DNA from: Sandaracinaceae bacterium
Lineage (GTDB): Bacteria > Myxococcota_A > Polyangia > Polyangiales > Sandaracinaceae
Length of the DNA: 53,380 nucleotides
Assembly (NCBI GenBank): GCA_044220955.1
Contig: JBGAQA010000018.1
Span: 1-53,380, forward strand
Direction: 5' to 3'
Shown here: in pieces, positions 1 through 8,560 of the stretch
Numbering within the stretch: the stretch's first letter is position 1
Layout of the letters: the number at the start of each line of letters is the position of its first letter
Translations under genes and position numbers: made by a program
The notes under the pieces: model-generated
What the model was told of the DNA's origin: nothing
Seen by the model: only the letters and a program-made list of their open reading frames with translations
The model's database searches: none

Positions 1-180
1 CTCGTCGCTTCGCTCCTCGCGAGGCACACCGCTCGTCGCGCGCGGCCGCCGGATCGTGCCCGAGGCCGTCGTCGATTTCGGGACAGCCCTCGAGTTCCCG
101 CGGCCCGATCCCGGCCGCTCGGGCGGCGCCGACGCGTTCTAATTGACTAGTTGTCTTTCATATGTCCATATCGCCGCTCG

Positions 181-726
181 ATGGGCGGGGCAGGACGGCA
201 CAAGAACCTCGATCGGTCGCTGGCGCTGCGCGCGTTCGCGGCGCTCGACGCGCGCCTCGCGGAGCCCGTCCGCCTCGTGCTCGGCGGGGGCACCGCGATG
301 ATCCTGGCGCACGGGCACCCGGTCTCGACGACCGACGCGGACGTGTTCCCGGTGCGCGGCACGCTGAACGACCTCGCGCCGCACGCCAGCGCCGTCGCCA
401 AGGAGCTGGACCTCGAGCCCGACTGGCTCAACCCCTGGTTCACCACGTTCACCCACGTGCTGCCCTCCGACTACGGCGCGCGGCTCGTTCGCGTGTACGA
501 GGGGCCGAAGCTCGCGGTGGACGCGCTGGGCGCCGAGGATCTCCTCGTGATGAAGTGCTTCGCGGGCCGCGACAAGGATCGCCCTCACCTCCTGCGTCTG
601 CTCAAGCAAGCGAAGGATCTCGATCTCGTCGACCGCCACCTGAGCGCCCTGGTCGAGAAGCGCATCCCCGGCGCGGAGAAGGCGGCGGACCTCTTCGACG
701 ACATGCGCGAGCGCGTGGGTCGATGA
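181..726 (+). CDS. DUF6036-like nucleotidyltransferase (AbiEii-related, putative toxin)
   Basis: LVLGGGTAM...STTDADVF (GG..A / T.D.D NTase motif), LEPDWLN, and C-terminal DLLVMKCFAGRDKD. ATG at 181 preferred over TTG at 151; 181 aa. Confidence 0.75.
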   Translation: MGGAGRHKNLDRSLALRAFAALDARLAEPVRLVLGGGTAMILAHGHPVSTTDADVFPVRGTLNDLAPHASAVAKELDLEPDWLNPWFTTFTHVLPSDYGARLVRVYEGPKLAVDALGAEDLLVMKCFAGRDKDRPHLLRLLKQAKDLDLVDRHLSALVEKRIPGAEKAADLFDDMRERVGR

Positions 727-1469
727 AGGCCGCGCGCCTCGAGCTCGTTCGCGTTCCCAGCGATGCCGATCTCGCCCGCGCCTACCACGAGCTCTCGGTC
801 CGGGGCGCGCCGCTCGTCGGCCGGGCCACACGCTGGCCCTATCACCCGGCCTCCGAGGAGGAGCTGCTCTGCCTGCTCGCCGAGATGAGCCGGCACGACG
901 CCCGCATCCTCGGCGCGCTGGTCGAGCTCTGCATGGAGCGCTGGCCTTCCCTCTCGCCCGTCGCGCTGCGAGCCGCCATGCGCCGCATGCGCTGCCCGCA
1001 GGCCCTCTGCGTCGTCATCGAGTTCGCGCGCGAGGCGGCGCCCGACAAGGAGCTCGGCCTCTGGGCACGACACGTGACCTCGGGATGGGGGCGCCTGGAC
1101 CCAGTGGAGCACTTCTTCGTCGACGACGTCCGGCCGGGCGAGCGGTCGGCGCCGCGCCGCATCGGCCGGTCCCTCGTGGCCTACTCGCGCTGGGGCTTCC
1201 TCGCCGTCGAGCGACCGACGCTCGATCCGCACAGGAAGATACGGCTCGGACGCTACGACGCGCGCAGCCGGCGGACGATCCTCGATGGGCTCGGATCGAG
1301 CCATCCGGACGGAGTCACGCTCGCCGACTATCTCGATGCGATCGATCACTCGGTCAGTCGTCAGCAGGCGATCGCCGACCTGCGCGCCGCGGGCAAGAAG
1401 CCGGATCGACGCGGGCCAGGGGCCACCTGGCGGGCAGCCGCCGCCCGACGCGCGGGCGCCGCCCGCTGA
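723..1469 (+). CDS. Hypothetical protein with probable C-terminal HTH (putative cognate antitoxin or regulator)
   Basis: ATGA overlap with the upstream stop; 248 aa (MKAARLELV...). C-terminal VTLADYLDAIDHSVSRQQAIADL...GPGATW resembles a winged HTH. Confidence 0.6.
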   Translation: MKAARLELVRVPSDADLARAYHELSVRGAPLVGRATRWPYHPASEEELLCLLAEMSRHDARILGALVELCMERWPSLSPVALRAAMRRMRCPQALCVVIEFAREAAPDKELGLWARHVTSGWGRLDPVEHFFVDDVRPGERSAPRRIGRSLVAYSRWGFLAVERPTLDPHRKIRLGRYDARSRRTILDGLGSSHPDGVTLADYLDAIDHSVSRQQAIADLRAAGKKPDRRGPGATWRAAAARRAGAAR

Positions 1470-1571
1470 GCTTCGGGCCCGCGACAGCGAGTGGCACCAT
1501 GGGCGGCGTGGACGGCTGGCCGCGAGACGCGGCGATCGCGCGCGTCGTGGACATCAGACGCCCGCTCGTTC

Positions 1572-1586
1572 GGCGTTGTCAACGCC
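1572..1586. promoter_or_regulatory. Palindrome GGCGTTG-T-CAACGCC, candidate operator upstream of the sugar ABC operon
   Basis: Perfect 7-bp inverted repeat about 45 bp before the malK-like start; TATGCT (-10-like) at 1611-1616. Confidence 0.3.
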
Positions 1587-1628
1587 CGACCGGACCGGCG
1601 CCGTTTCTCGTATGCTCGCGCCTCGCGC

Positions 1629-2678
1629 GTGCACCTCACCCTGCGAGGAATCGAGAAGAAGCTCGGCGGCCAGCCGATCCTGCGCGGCATCGACCTCTCG
1701 GTCGAGTCGGGCGAGCTGGTGGTGCTCGTCGGGCCGAGCGGGTGCGGCAAGAGCACGCTCTTGCGGACCATCGCCGGGCTCGAGCTGCCCGACGGGGGGA
1801 CCATCACGATGGACAAGCGCGACGTGACGCGGGCGCCGCCGCGCGAGCGCGACATCGGCATGGTCTTCCAGAGCTACGCGCTCTATCCGCACCTCACGGT
1901 GCGCGACAACCTCGCTTTCGGGCTGCGCCTGCGCAAGACGCCGAAGGACGTCATCGCCGAGCGCGTGCGCGAGGTGAGCGCCATGCTCGGGCTCGACAAG
2001 CTCCTCGATCGCATGCCGCGCGACCTCTCGGGCGGGCAGCGCCAGCGCGTGGCGATGGGGCGCGCGATCGCGCGGCGGCCGAGCGTGTTCCTCTTCGACG
2101 AGCCGCTCTCGAACCTCGACGCGGCGCTGCGGGCCGAGGTGCGCGTGGAGATCAAGCGGCTGCACGCGCGGCTCGCGGCGACGATGATCTACGTGACCCA
2201 CGACCAGGTCGAGGCGATGACGCTCGCCGATCGGCTCGTGGTGCTGCGCGCAGGCAAGGTCGAGCAGATCGGCGCCCCGCTCGAGGTGTACGAACGCCCC
2301 GCGTCGCGCTTCGTCGCGGGGTTCCTCGGCAGCCCGGCCATGAACTTCCTCGAGGTCGAAGTCGAGGGCGGTCGCGCGCGGAGCGAGGGGCTCGACGTGC
2401 TCGTCGGAGGCGCCGCGAAGGACGGAAGCGTCGTGCTGGGCGTGCGGCCGCAGGACGTGGCGCTCACGCACGAGGGCGACGCGGGCCTCTCGCTGCGCGT
2501 CGAGGTCGTGGAGGCGATGGGCTTCGAGGCGTACGTGCACGGCAAGGTGGGGCAGGCGCCCTTCGTCGCGCGGCTCTCGCCCGAGGAGCTCCCCGAGGCG
2601 CGCCTCGGCGGCGTGATCCGCATCGCGCCCAAGCAGGTGCACCTGTTCGATCGCGAGACGGGCGCGGCGCTCCGATGA
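1629..2678 (+). CDS. malK: Sugar ABC transporter ATP-binding subunit (MalK/UgpC type)
   Basis: Walker A GPSGCGKST, MVFQSYALYPH, LSGGQRQRVAMGRA, FLFDEPLSNLD, YVTHDQVEAM. GTG start at 1629. Confidence 0.93.
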   Translation: MHLTLRGIEKKLGGQPILRGIDLSVESGELVVLVGPSGCGKSTLLRTIAGLELPDGGTITMDKRDVTRAPPRERDIGMVFQSYALYPHLTVRDNLAFGLRLRKTPKDVIAERVREVSAMLGLDKLLDRMPRDLSGGQRQRVAMGRAIARRPSVFLFDEPLSNLDAALRAEVRVEIKRLHARLAATMIYVTHDQVEAMTLADRLVVLRAGKVEQIGAPLEVYERPASRFVAGFLGSPAMNFLEVEVEGGRARSEGLDVLVGGAAKDGSVVLGVRPQDVALTHEGDAGLSLRVEVVEAMGFEAYVHGKVGQAPFVARLSPEELPEARLGGVIRIAPKQVHLFDRETGAALR

Positions 2679-4834
2679 CGCGCCCCTCGCTCTCGCTCCT
2701 GCTCTCGCTCCTGCTCTCGCCCTCGCTCGCCCACGCGCAGACCGTCGTCGTCTGGCACGCGTACGGCGAGCACGAGACGGCAGGCCTCGCCGCGGCGGCG
2801 CACGCCTGGGAGGCGACGCATCCGGGCGTGCACGTCGATCTCGTGGCGAGCCCCTTCGGCGCGTACGCCAGCCGGCTGCGCACCGCGATCCCGAGCGGCC
2901 ACGGTCCCGATCTCTTCATCGACGCGCACAACCGGCTCTCCACCTACGTCGCCGAGCGCCTCGTCGAGCGCTTCGGCGAGCTCGACACCGGCGACTTCCC
3001 CTCGCCGGCGATCGAGGCGCTCCGCTACCAGGGCGCGCTCTGGGGCGCGCCGCTCTCGATGAAGTGCCTCGTGCTCTACGTCTGGCGGGGCGACGCGCAC
3101 GACGCGGACATCACGACGATCGAGCAGCTCGAGGCGCTCGCCGCGACCGCGCCCGCCGGCCGCTATCCGCTCGCGTGGGAGCTCGGCTCGACCTACGCGA
3201 CGGCCGGGCTCTTCCACGCGTACGGCGCCCGGATGATCGACGAGACGGGGGAGTTCGCCGCCGACGACGACGCTGGCGTGCGCGCGCTCGCGCACCTCGC
3301 GCGCCTCCAGCGAGAGGGCGTCGTCCCGCCGGAGGCGACGGGCAACCTCGTCCACGACCTGTTCCGCAGCCGGCGCGTGCGCGCAGCGGTCAGCGGTCCC
3401 TGGCTCGCGCCCGATCTCGAGCATCCCGGAGACTGGTACGTCGTGCCGCTGCCCGCGGTGGGCGCCGCGGGGGGCGCGCGCATGGAGCCCTACTCCACCA
3501 TCGAGGCGGCGATGGTCCCGACGCACGCGGCGCACGCCGAGCTCGCGCGGGACCTCGCTCGCTACCTGGCGGGACACGATGGATCCGTCGCGCGCGCGCG
3601 CGCGGGCGGGCACGTGGTCGCTTCCACCACCGCGTGGGAGGACCCCGCGCTCCGCTCGGACCCCGTCCTGTCCGCCTTCCACGAGGCCGCGCTCGCGGCG
3701 ACGCCGACGCCGACGCACCCGCACATGGATCTCGTGTTCGGCCCGGTCGATCGCGCGATCCAGAAGGTGCTGCGCGGCGACGCCACGCCCGAGATCGCGC
3801 TGGCCGAGGCCGCGCACCGCTTCGAGGACGAGACGCGGCCACCGCCCGCGCCGCGCGACCCGACGCTCGGCATCGTCCTCTCCTCGTCGATCCTCGTGCT
3901 GATGCTCGGCCTCGCGCTGGCGCGCCTCCGCGACCCCTCGATGCGCGCCGCGCTCGTGCGCTCGATGCCCGCCTACGCCTGGGTCACGCACGCGTTCCTC
4001 GCGGTGCTCGTGCTCGTCGTGGTGCCGCTGCTCGTCGGCGCCGCGACGTCGCTCTTCGCCGGGAACCCGGACCTGCACTACGTCGGCATCGCGAACTACG
4101 TCGACATCCTGACGAACCGCGGTGGCGACCTGCTCGGGCACGGCTCGTTCTGGGCCGTGCTCGCGGTGACCGTGCTCTGGACCGTGGTGAACGTGGCGTT
4201 CCACGTGGGGCTCGGCGTGGGGCTCGCGCTCCTGCTCTCGCGCCAGACGGTGAGGCTGCGCGGCCTCGTGCGCGTGCTGCTCGTCGTGCCCTGGGCGGTG
4301 CCGAGCTACGTCACCGCGCTCGCGTGGCGCGGGATGTTCCACCGGCAGCTCGGGGCCATCAACGCGATCCTCGCGCTCCTCGGCGTCGAGCCGGTGAGCT
4401 GGTTCTCGCACTTCTCGACGGCGTTCACCGCGAACGTGGCGACGAACGTCTGGCTGGGCTTCCCGTTCATGATGGTCGTCACGCTCGGCGCGCTCACGTC
4501 GATCCCCAAGGACCTCTACGAGGCCGCCGAGCTCGACGGCGCGACCGCGCTGCAGAAGCTGACGCGCATCACGCTGCCGATGCTCGCTCCGGCGCTCCTG
4601 CCCGCCGTCGCGATGGGCGCGGTGTGGACGTTCAACATGTTCAACGTGGTCTTCCTCGTGAGCGCCGGCGAGCCCGACGGGACGACCGAGATCCTGGTGT
4701 CGGAGGCGTACCGCTGGGCGTTCACCCGCGGCCACCAGATCGGCTACGCGGCGGCGTACTCGGTGCTGATCTTCGCGATCCTCGCGGGCCTGACCCGCAT
4801 GCTCCCGCGCGAGCGCACACGGGCGGCGGCCTGA
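2675..4834 (+). CDS. Fused solute-binding protein and permease (MalE-MalF-like)
   Basis: Signal peptide (SLAHA-Q), SBP_bac-type N-domain (VVVWHAY, GPDLFIDAH, SGPW), then TM helices with EAA loop IPKDLYEAAELDGA; 719 aa; ATGA overlap with malK. Confidence 0.9.
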   Translation: MTRPSLSLLLSLLLSPSLAHAQTVVVWHAYGEHETAGLAAAAHAWEATHPGVHVDLVASPFGAYASRLRTAIPSGHGPDLFIDAHNRLSTYVAERLVERFGELDTGDFPSPAIEALRYQGALWGAPLSMKCLVLYVWRGDAHDADITTIEQLEALAATAPAGRYPLAWELGSTYATAGLFHAYGARMIDETGEFAADDDAGVRALAHLARLQREGVVPPEATGNLVHDLFRSRRVRAAVSGPWLAPDLEHPGDWYVVPLPAVGAAGGARMEPYSTIEAAMVPTHAAHAELARDLARYLAGHDGSVARARAGGHVVASTTAWEDPALRSDPVLSAFHEAALAATPTPTHPHMDLVFGPVDRAIQKVLRGDATPEIALAEAAHRFEDETRPPPAPRDPTLGIVLSSSILVLMLGLALARLRDPSMRAALVRSMPAYAWVTHAFLAVLVLVVVPLLVGAATSLFAGNPDLHYVGIANYVDILTNRGGDLLGHGSFWAVLAVTVLWTVVNVAFHVGLGVGLALLLSRQTVRLRGLVRVLLVVPWAVPSYVTALAWRGMFHRQLGAINAILALLGVEPVSWFSHFSTAFTANVATNVWLGFPFMMVVTLGALTSIPKDLYEAAELDGATALQKLTRITLPMLAPALLPAVAMGAVWTFNMFNVVFLVSAGEPDGTTEILVSEAYRWAFTRGHQIGYAAAYSVLIFAILAGLTRMLPRERTRAAA

Positions 4835-5676
4835 TGCGGCGCGCGCTCACCGAGATCGCCGTGCACGCCGTCCTCGCGGCGGCCGTGATCTTCGCGCTCT
4901 ACCCCGTGCTCTGGGTGGTCGCGCTCGCGTTCTCGCCCGGGGTGACGCCGGAGGCCCGCGCGCTGCCGATCCCCGACGGCTTCTCGCTCGAGCACTTCGA
5001 GGCCGTGCTCGGCCGCACCACCGAGGACGGCCGCTGGGTCTTCGGCGCGCAGCTCTGGAGCTCGACGCTCGTCTCGATCGCCACGGCGCTCGTGGCGGTC
5101 GCGATCGCCACGCCCGCCGCCTACGGGCTCTCGCGCTTCGACTTCGTGGGCAAGCGCGCCTCGCTCGGCGCGATGCTCGCGACGCAGATGTTCCCCGGCG
5201 TGGCGGCGTCGGTCCCCTTGTACCTGCTGCTCGACGCGCTCGATCTGCTCGACACGCGCGGCGGCCTCGTCCTCGTGTACGCGACGACGGCGGTGCCCTT
5301 CGCGATCTTCCAGCTGCGCGGCGCGTTCGACGCGATCCCCAAGGAGCTCGAGGAGGCCGCGATGGTCGACGGCGCCACGCGCGCGGGCGCGTTCATGCGG
5401 GTCGTGCTGCCGGCAGCGCGGCCCGCGATCGCGGTGACCGCGCTCTTCGCGTTCATCCAGGCGTGGAACGAGTTCGTGCTCGCGGCGACGTTCCTGACGC
5501 GCGAGGAGCTCTACACGCTGCCGATCCTGCTCCAGAGCTACGCGAGCGAGCACGACGCAAACCTCGGCCACTTCGCCGCGGGCGCGATCCTCGTGTCGGT
5601 GCCCGTGATGGCGCTCTTCTACTTCCTCGAGCGCGAGCTCGTCACCGGGCTCACCGAGGGCGGCGTGAAGGGATGA
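4834..5676 (+). CDS. malG: Sugar ABC transporter permease (MalG type)
   Basis: AYGLSRFDF, QMFP, IPKELEEAAMVDGAT, AWNEF and C-terminal GLTEGGVKG; TGATG coupling. Confidence 0.9.
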   Translation: MRRALTEIAVHAVLAAAVIFALYPVLWVVALAFSPGVTPEARALPIPDGFSLEHFEAVLGRTTEDGRWVFGAQLWSSTLVSIATALVAVAIATPAAYGLSRFDFVGKRASLGAMLATQMFPGVAASVPLYLLLDALDLLDTRGGLVLVYATTAVPFAIFQLRGAFDAIPKELEEAAMVDGATRAGAFMRVVLPAARPAIAVTALFAFIQAWNEFVLAATFLTREELYTLPILLQSYASEHDANLGHFAAGAILVSVPVMALFYFLERELVTGLTEGGVKG

Positions 5677-5713
5677 CAGGAGTGCTCGCCACGGCGAGCC
5701 GACCCATCCCCTC

Positions 5714-6406
5714 TCAGAGCCCGCAGGTCTGATCCGCGCGACAGACGAGGCCGAACGGGCACGTCGGGGCGACGACCGGGTCGCAGGCCATCCAGCAGCG
5801 GCCGCCGACGCAGCTCTGGCCGCGGTCGTCGAACCCGGTCGGTGCCGACGTGCAGTCGCGCGCGGTCGTGCAGGTGTGCAGGCAGCCGGTGCCGAAGTCG
5901 CTCGAGAGGCGGCCGCAGACCGAGAGGGGCCCGCAGTCGGCGCTCGTCGAGCATCCCGTCTCGAAGTCGGACACGGCCGGGCAGCCGTCGCAGCCGTTCG
6001 TGGCGTCGAAGCAGAGCGCGACGCCGTCGCAGCGCCGGTACGCGCAGCCGAGGCCGGCCCCGCAGGTCGCGACGTCGCACGACTGGCACATGCCGACGAC
6101 GGGCGGGACCCAGGCGTCGGGCCGCCACGCGTCGGGCAGCACGTACGCGTCGCGGGGCGGGACGAACGCGTCGGGCGGCGGGCCCGCGTCGGGCGTCACG
6201 CAGTGGCCCGCCACGCAGGCGACGCCCGCGACGCACGCGAAGTTGCAGTCCCCGCAGTGGTTGCGATCGCTCTGCAGATCGAAGCACGAGCCGCCGCAGA
6301 GCGTGAAGTCGGCGCGGAGACAGCCGGTGCCGCTGGGCGAGGAACTGCACCCGAAGGCCAGCGACACGCAGGCGGCGAGCCAGGACACCAGGACGATGCG
6401 GTGCAT
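5714..6406 (-). CDS. Cys-rich lipoprotein (STIG1/MXAN_6577-like module)
   Basis: Lipobox LAFGC; CGGSCFDLQSDRNHCGDCNFAC motif; PDA linker repeats; further Cys-rich C-terminus. Confidence 0.75.
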   Translation of the reverse strand: MHRIVLVSWLAACVSLAFGCSSSPSGTGCLRADFTLCGGSCFDLQSDRNHCGDCNFACVAGVACVAGHCVTPDAGPPPDAFVPPRDAYVLPDAWRPDAWVPPVVGMCQSCDVATCGAGLGCAYRRCDGVALCFDATNGCDGCPAVSDFETGCSTSADCGPLSVCGRLSSDFGTGCLHTCTTARDCTSAPTGFDDRGQSCVGGRCWMACDPVVAPTCPFGLVCRADQTCGL

Positions 6407-6408
6407 GG

Positions 6409-7503
6409 TCAGAGCTCCAGGCGGACGGTCAGGCCGCCGATGTCGGCGAGGGGCGCCGAGGGGACGATCGCGAGCCGCGCGCCGCCGTCGAGCTCGAGCG
6501 CGCCGTGCGCGTCGAAGCGCAGGTGCTGTGCGTGGCCGAGCAACCCGGGCAAGAGCAGGGAGAAGCCGAGGATCTCGAAGACCTCGATGCTGATGGCCGC
6601 CGCCACGGCGCCGCCCTGCGCCTCGTAGCGGGCGTACGTCGTCGTGAACGTGCCGGATCCCTGGTTGACGTAGTAGTTCGGAATTTGGCAATCGTACGCG
6701 GCGCCGATCGTGATCAGTGGCCCCAGGATCGGCACGAACAACCAGCCGCCCGCCTGATCGCTACACGTGTGGTCCCTCGCATAGGTGTAGTGGTCGCCGG
6801 GCTCGGTTCTGGTCGTGGAGTTCTGGTCGGAGGTGGCGACGAAGATGGAGCCCATCACGATCCCTCCGGCCCAGCCGAGCGCGAAGAGCGTCGCGCCCGC
6901 GGAGACGAGCCCGTCGTCGGGGCCGTCCTCGTAGTGCGGGTTGCGCAGCCCGGCGGGGCCACCGCGAGGAGCGGGCGGCCACTCGGCGGGACCGGCGGGT
7001 ACGACCGGAGCGACGGCGCCGACCGCGGGCGTCAGCGGAACGACGCTCGCCCCGCCCGGCGCGGGCACCGGCGTGGGCGCGACGGTCCCTCCGCCGGTCA
7101 CCGGCGTGACTGGCCGTCCGGGAACCATCGGCGTGATGTGCGGGGCCACGGGCCCGGACGGTGGGGGCTGCGGCGGCGGCGCGCTCGGCGGCGGTGCGCT
7201 CGGCGGCGGTGCGGCCGGCTCGATCGGCCGGATGATGGGCCCGCCCGGCGTCGGCGCCGGCGCGACGCGCGCGCCCGTCGGCGCGCGGCACTCGTCGCCG
7301 TCCTCGACCAGGCCCGCCGGGCACGTGGGCGGCCCCTCGCAGCGCCCGAGATCGCGCGCCCAGCTCTGGCCCGGCCAGCAGCAGCGCCCTGCGGACGCAG
7401 TGCTGCGCACGCGGCCCTCGAGGCACGCCTCCTGCGCGAGCGCGACCGGGGTGCTCGCGAGCGCGAGCATCGCGAGCGCCGCCGATGCTGCGAGCCGGGT
7501 CAT
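6409..7503 (-). CDS. Secreted or membrane Pro-rich hypothetical protein
   Basis: Signal peptide (ALA-QE), N-terminal CCWPGQSW...C Cys motif, Pro-rich linker, hydrophobic C-terminal segments (WLFVPILGP). Confidence 0.7.
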   Translation of the reverse strand: MTRLAASAALAMLALASTPVALAQEACLEGRVRSTASAGRCCWPGQSWARDLGRCEGPPTCPAGLVEDGDECRAPTGARVAPAPTPGGPIIRPIEPAAPPPSAPPPSAPPPQPPPSGPVAPHITPMVPGRPVTPVTGGGTVAPTPVPAPGGASVVPLTPAVGAVAPVVPAGPAEWPPAPRGGPAGLRNPHYEDGPDDGLVSAGATLFALGWAGGIVMGSIFVATSDQNSTTRTEPGDHYTYARDHTCSDQAGGWLFVPILGPLITIGAAYDCQIPNYYVNQGSGTFTTTYARYEAQGGAVAAAISIEVFEILGFSLLLPGLLGHAQHLRFDAHGALELDGGARLAIVPSAPLADIGGLTVRLEL

Positions 7504-7901
7504 CGCGTCGCTCCTGCCGACGCGCCCGGCGCGAGCGGAGCCGTGATCCACACCGCGAATTCCTGGAACTCCGTGTAGAGCGAGCCCGACATGTGCATCC
7601 TGTCGCCCTCGCGGCGCACCGCCGTCGACTCGGCGGTGACCTGCACCCAGCCCGGCCGGTAGAACTGCACCACGAAGTTCGCGGTCTGGCCGCGGCTACC
7701 CGTCGTGTGCGCCTGCACCGCGAAGCGGCCGCTCGCGGGGCTCTCCTCGACGAGGTTGTAGCCGTGCGCGCGCGCCGTCTCGGTCGCGTGCTGGAACAGC
7801 TCCGCATCGGGCAGCGTCGAGGGCCCGCCCACGAAGGGTAGCGTCGTCGCTCCTCCGCAGCCCGCCACGAGCGCGAGCGACAAGGCCAAGACCACGCGCA
7901 T
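7500..7901 (-). CDS. Hypothetical lipoprotein
   Basis: Lipobox LVAGC; stop overlaps the next start. Confidence 0.7.
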   Translation of the reverse strand: MRVVLALSLALVAGCGGATTLPFVGGPSTLPDAELFQHATETARAHGYNLVEESPASGRFAVQAHTTGSRGQTANFVVQFYRPGWVQVTAESTAVRREGDRMHMSGSLYTEFQEFAVWITAPLAPGASAGATR

Positions 7902-7904
7902 GCC

Positions 7905-8495
7905 TCAGACTCCGTCGTCCGGGTGGATCGTGTGCGCCTCGAGGTGGCGCTCGTCGTAGTGCTCCATGCGGCGGTCGGCCTCTTCCACGAGATCCTCGTG
8001 GTCGTGCAGCTCGAGGCGCAGCGCCGGGATCTGCGACGGGTCGATCCCGACCTCCTGGCCCTGCATGTACTCGGCGAGCCGCTCCCAGCCCGGCATCGAG
8101 GGAGTGAGCTTCTCGTCGACGAAGCTCCACCCCATCGCGAGCGTCGCGTAGTAGGTGCGCCCTGCGACGACGTCGAGGTCGATCGCGTCCTGGAACACGC
8201 GGTCCCAGGTGATGTAGACGCGGTAGTGGCCCGGCGTCAGCGCCATCATGCAGTGCGACTGGTGCGGCACCTGGCAGATGGGAGTCCCGTCCGCGCTGAA
8301 CAGGAGCACGTTCGTCGTGTCACGCCCGCCGTGGAACACGACGAACACCGCCTGATCCGGCGGCGCCACGATCTGCTGCTGCGGCGTCGTCGCGTGGATC
8401 GTCATGTCCGGGATCGAGTGGCCGCAGCCCCCGATCATCGCCAGCCCCAGCGCGAGCGCGGCACGCCCCGTCATCTCGATGCCCAGTCGCGACAT
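7905..8495 (-). CDS. Hypothetical lipoprotein (DUF2846-like beta domain)
   Basis: Lipobox IGGC; PPDQAVFVVF...LTPGHYRV...LDVVAGRTYY pattern. Confidence 0.65.
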   Translation of the reverse strand: MSRLGIEMTGRAALALGLAMIGGCGHSIPDMTIHATTPQQQIVAPPDQAVFVVFHGGRDTTNVLLFSADGTPICQVPHQSHCMMALTPGHYRVYITWDRVFQDAIDLDVVAGRTYYATLAMGWSFVDEKLTPSMPGWERLAEYMQGQEVGIDPSQIPALRLELHDHEDLVEEADRRMEHYDERHLEAHTIHPDDGV

Positions 8496-8560
8496 GTTCC
8501 CTCCCCCGTTGGCCTACCTGGCGCGCATCATACACACCGCACGCCGCGCCGCACATGCGG

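Noticed and set aside
1085..2674. N-terminal part of the 1249-aa ORF, suggesting a giant fusion
   Set aside because: Arg/Ala/Pro-rich shadow frame over the real partner and malK genes; the real protein starts at ATG 2675 with a signal peptide.
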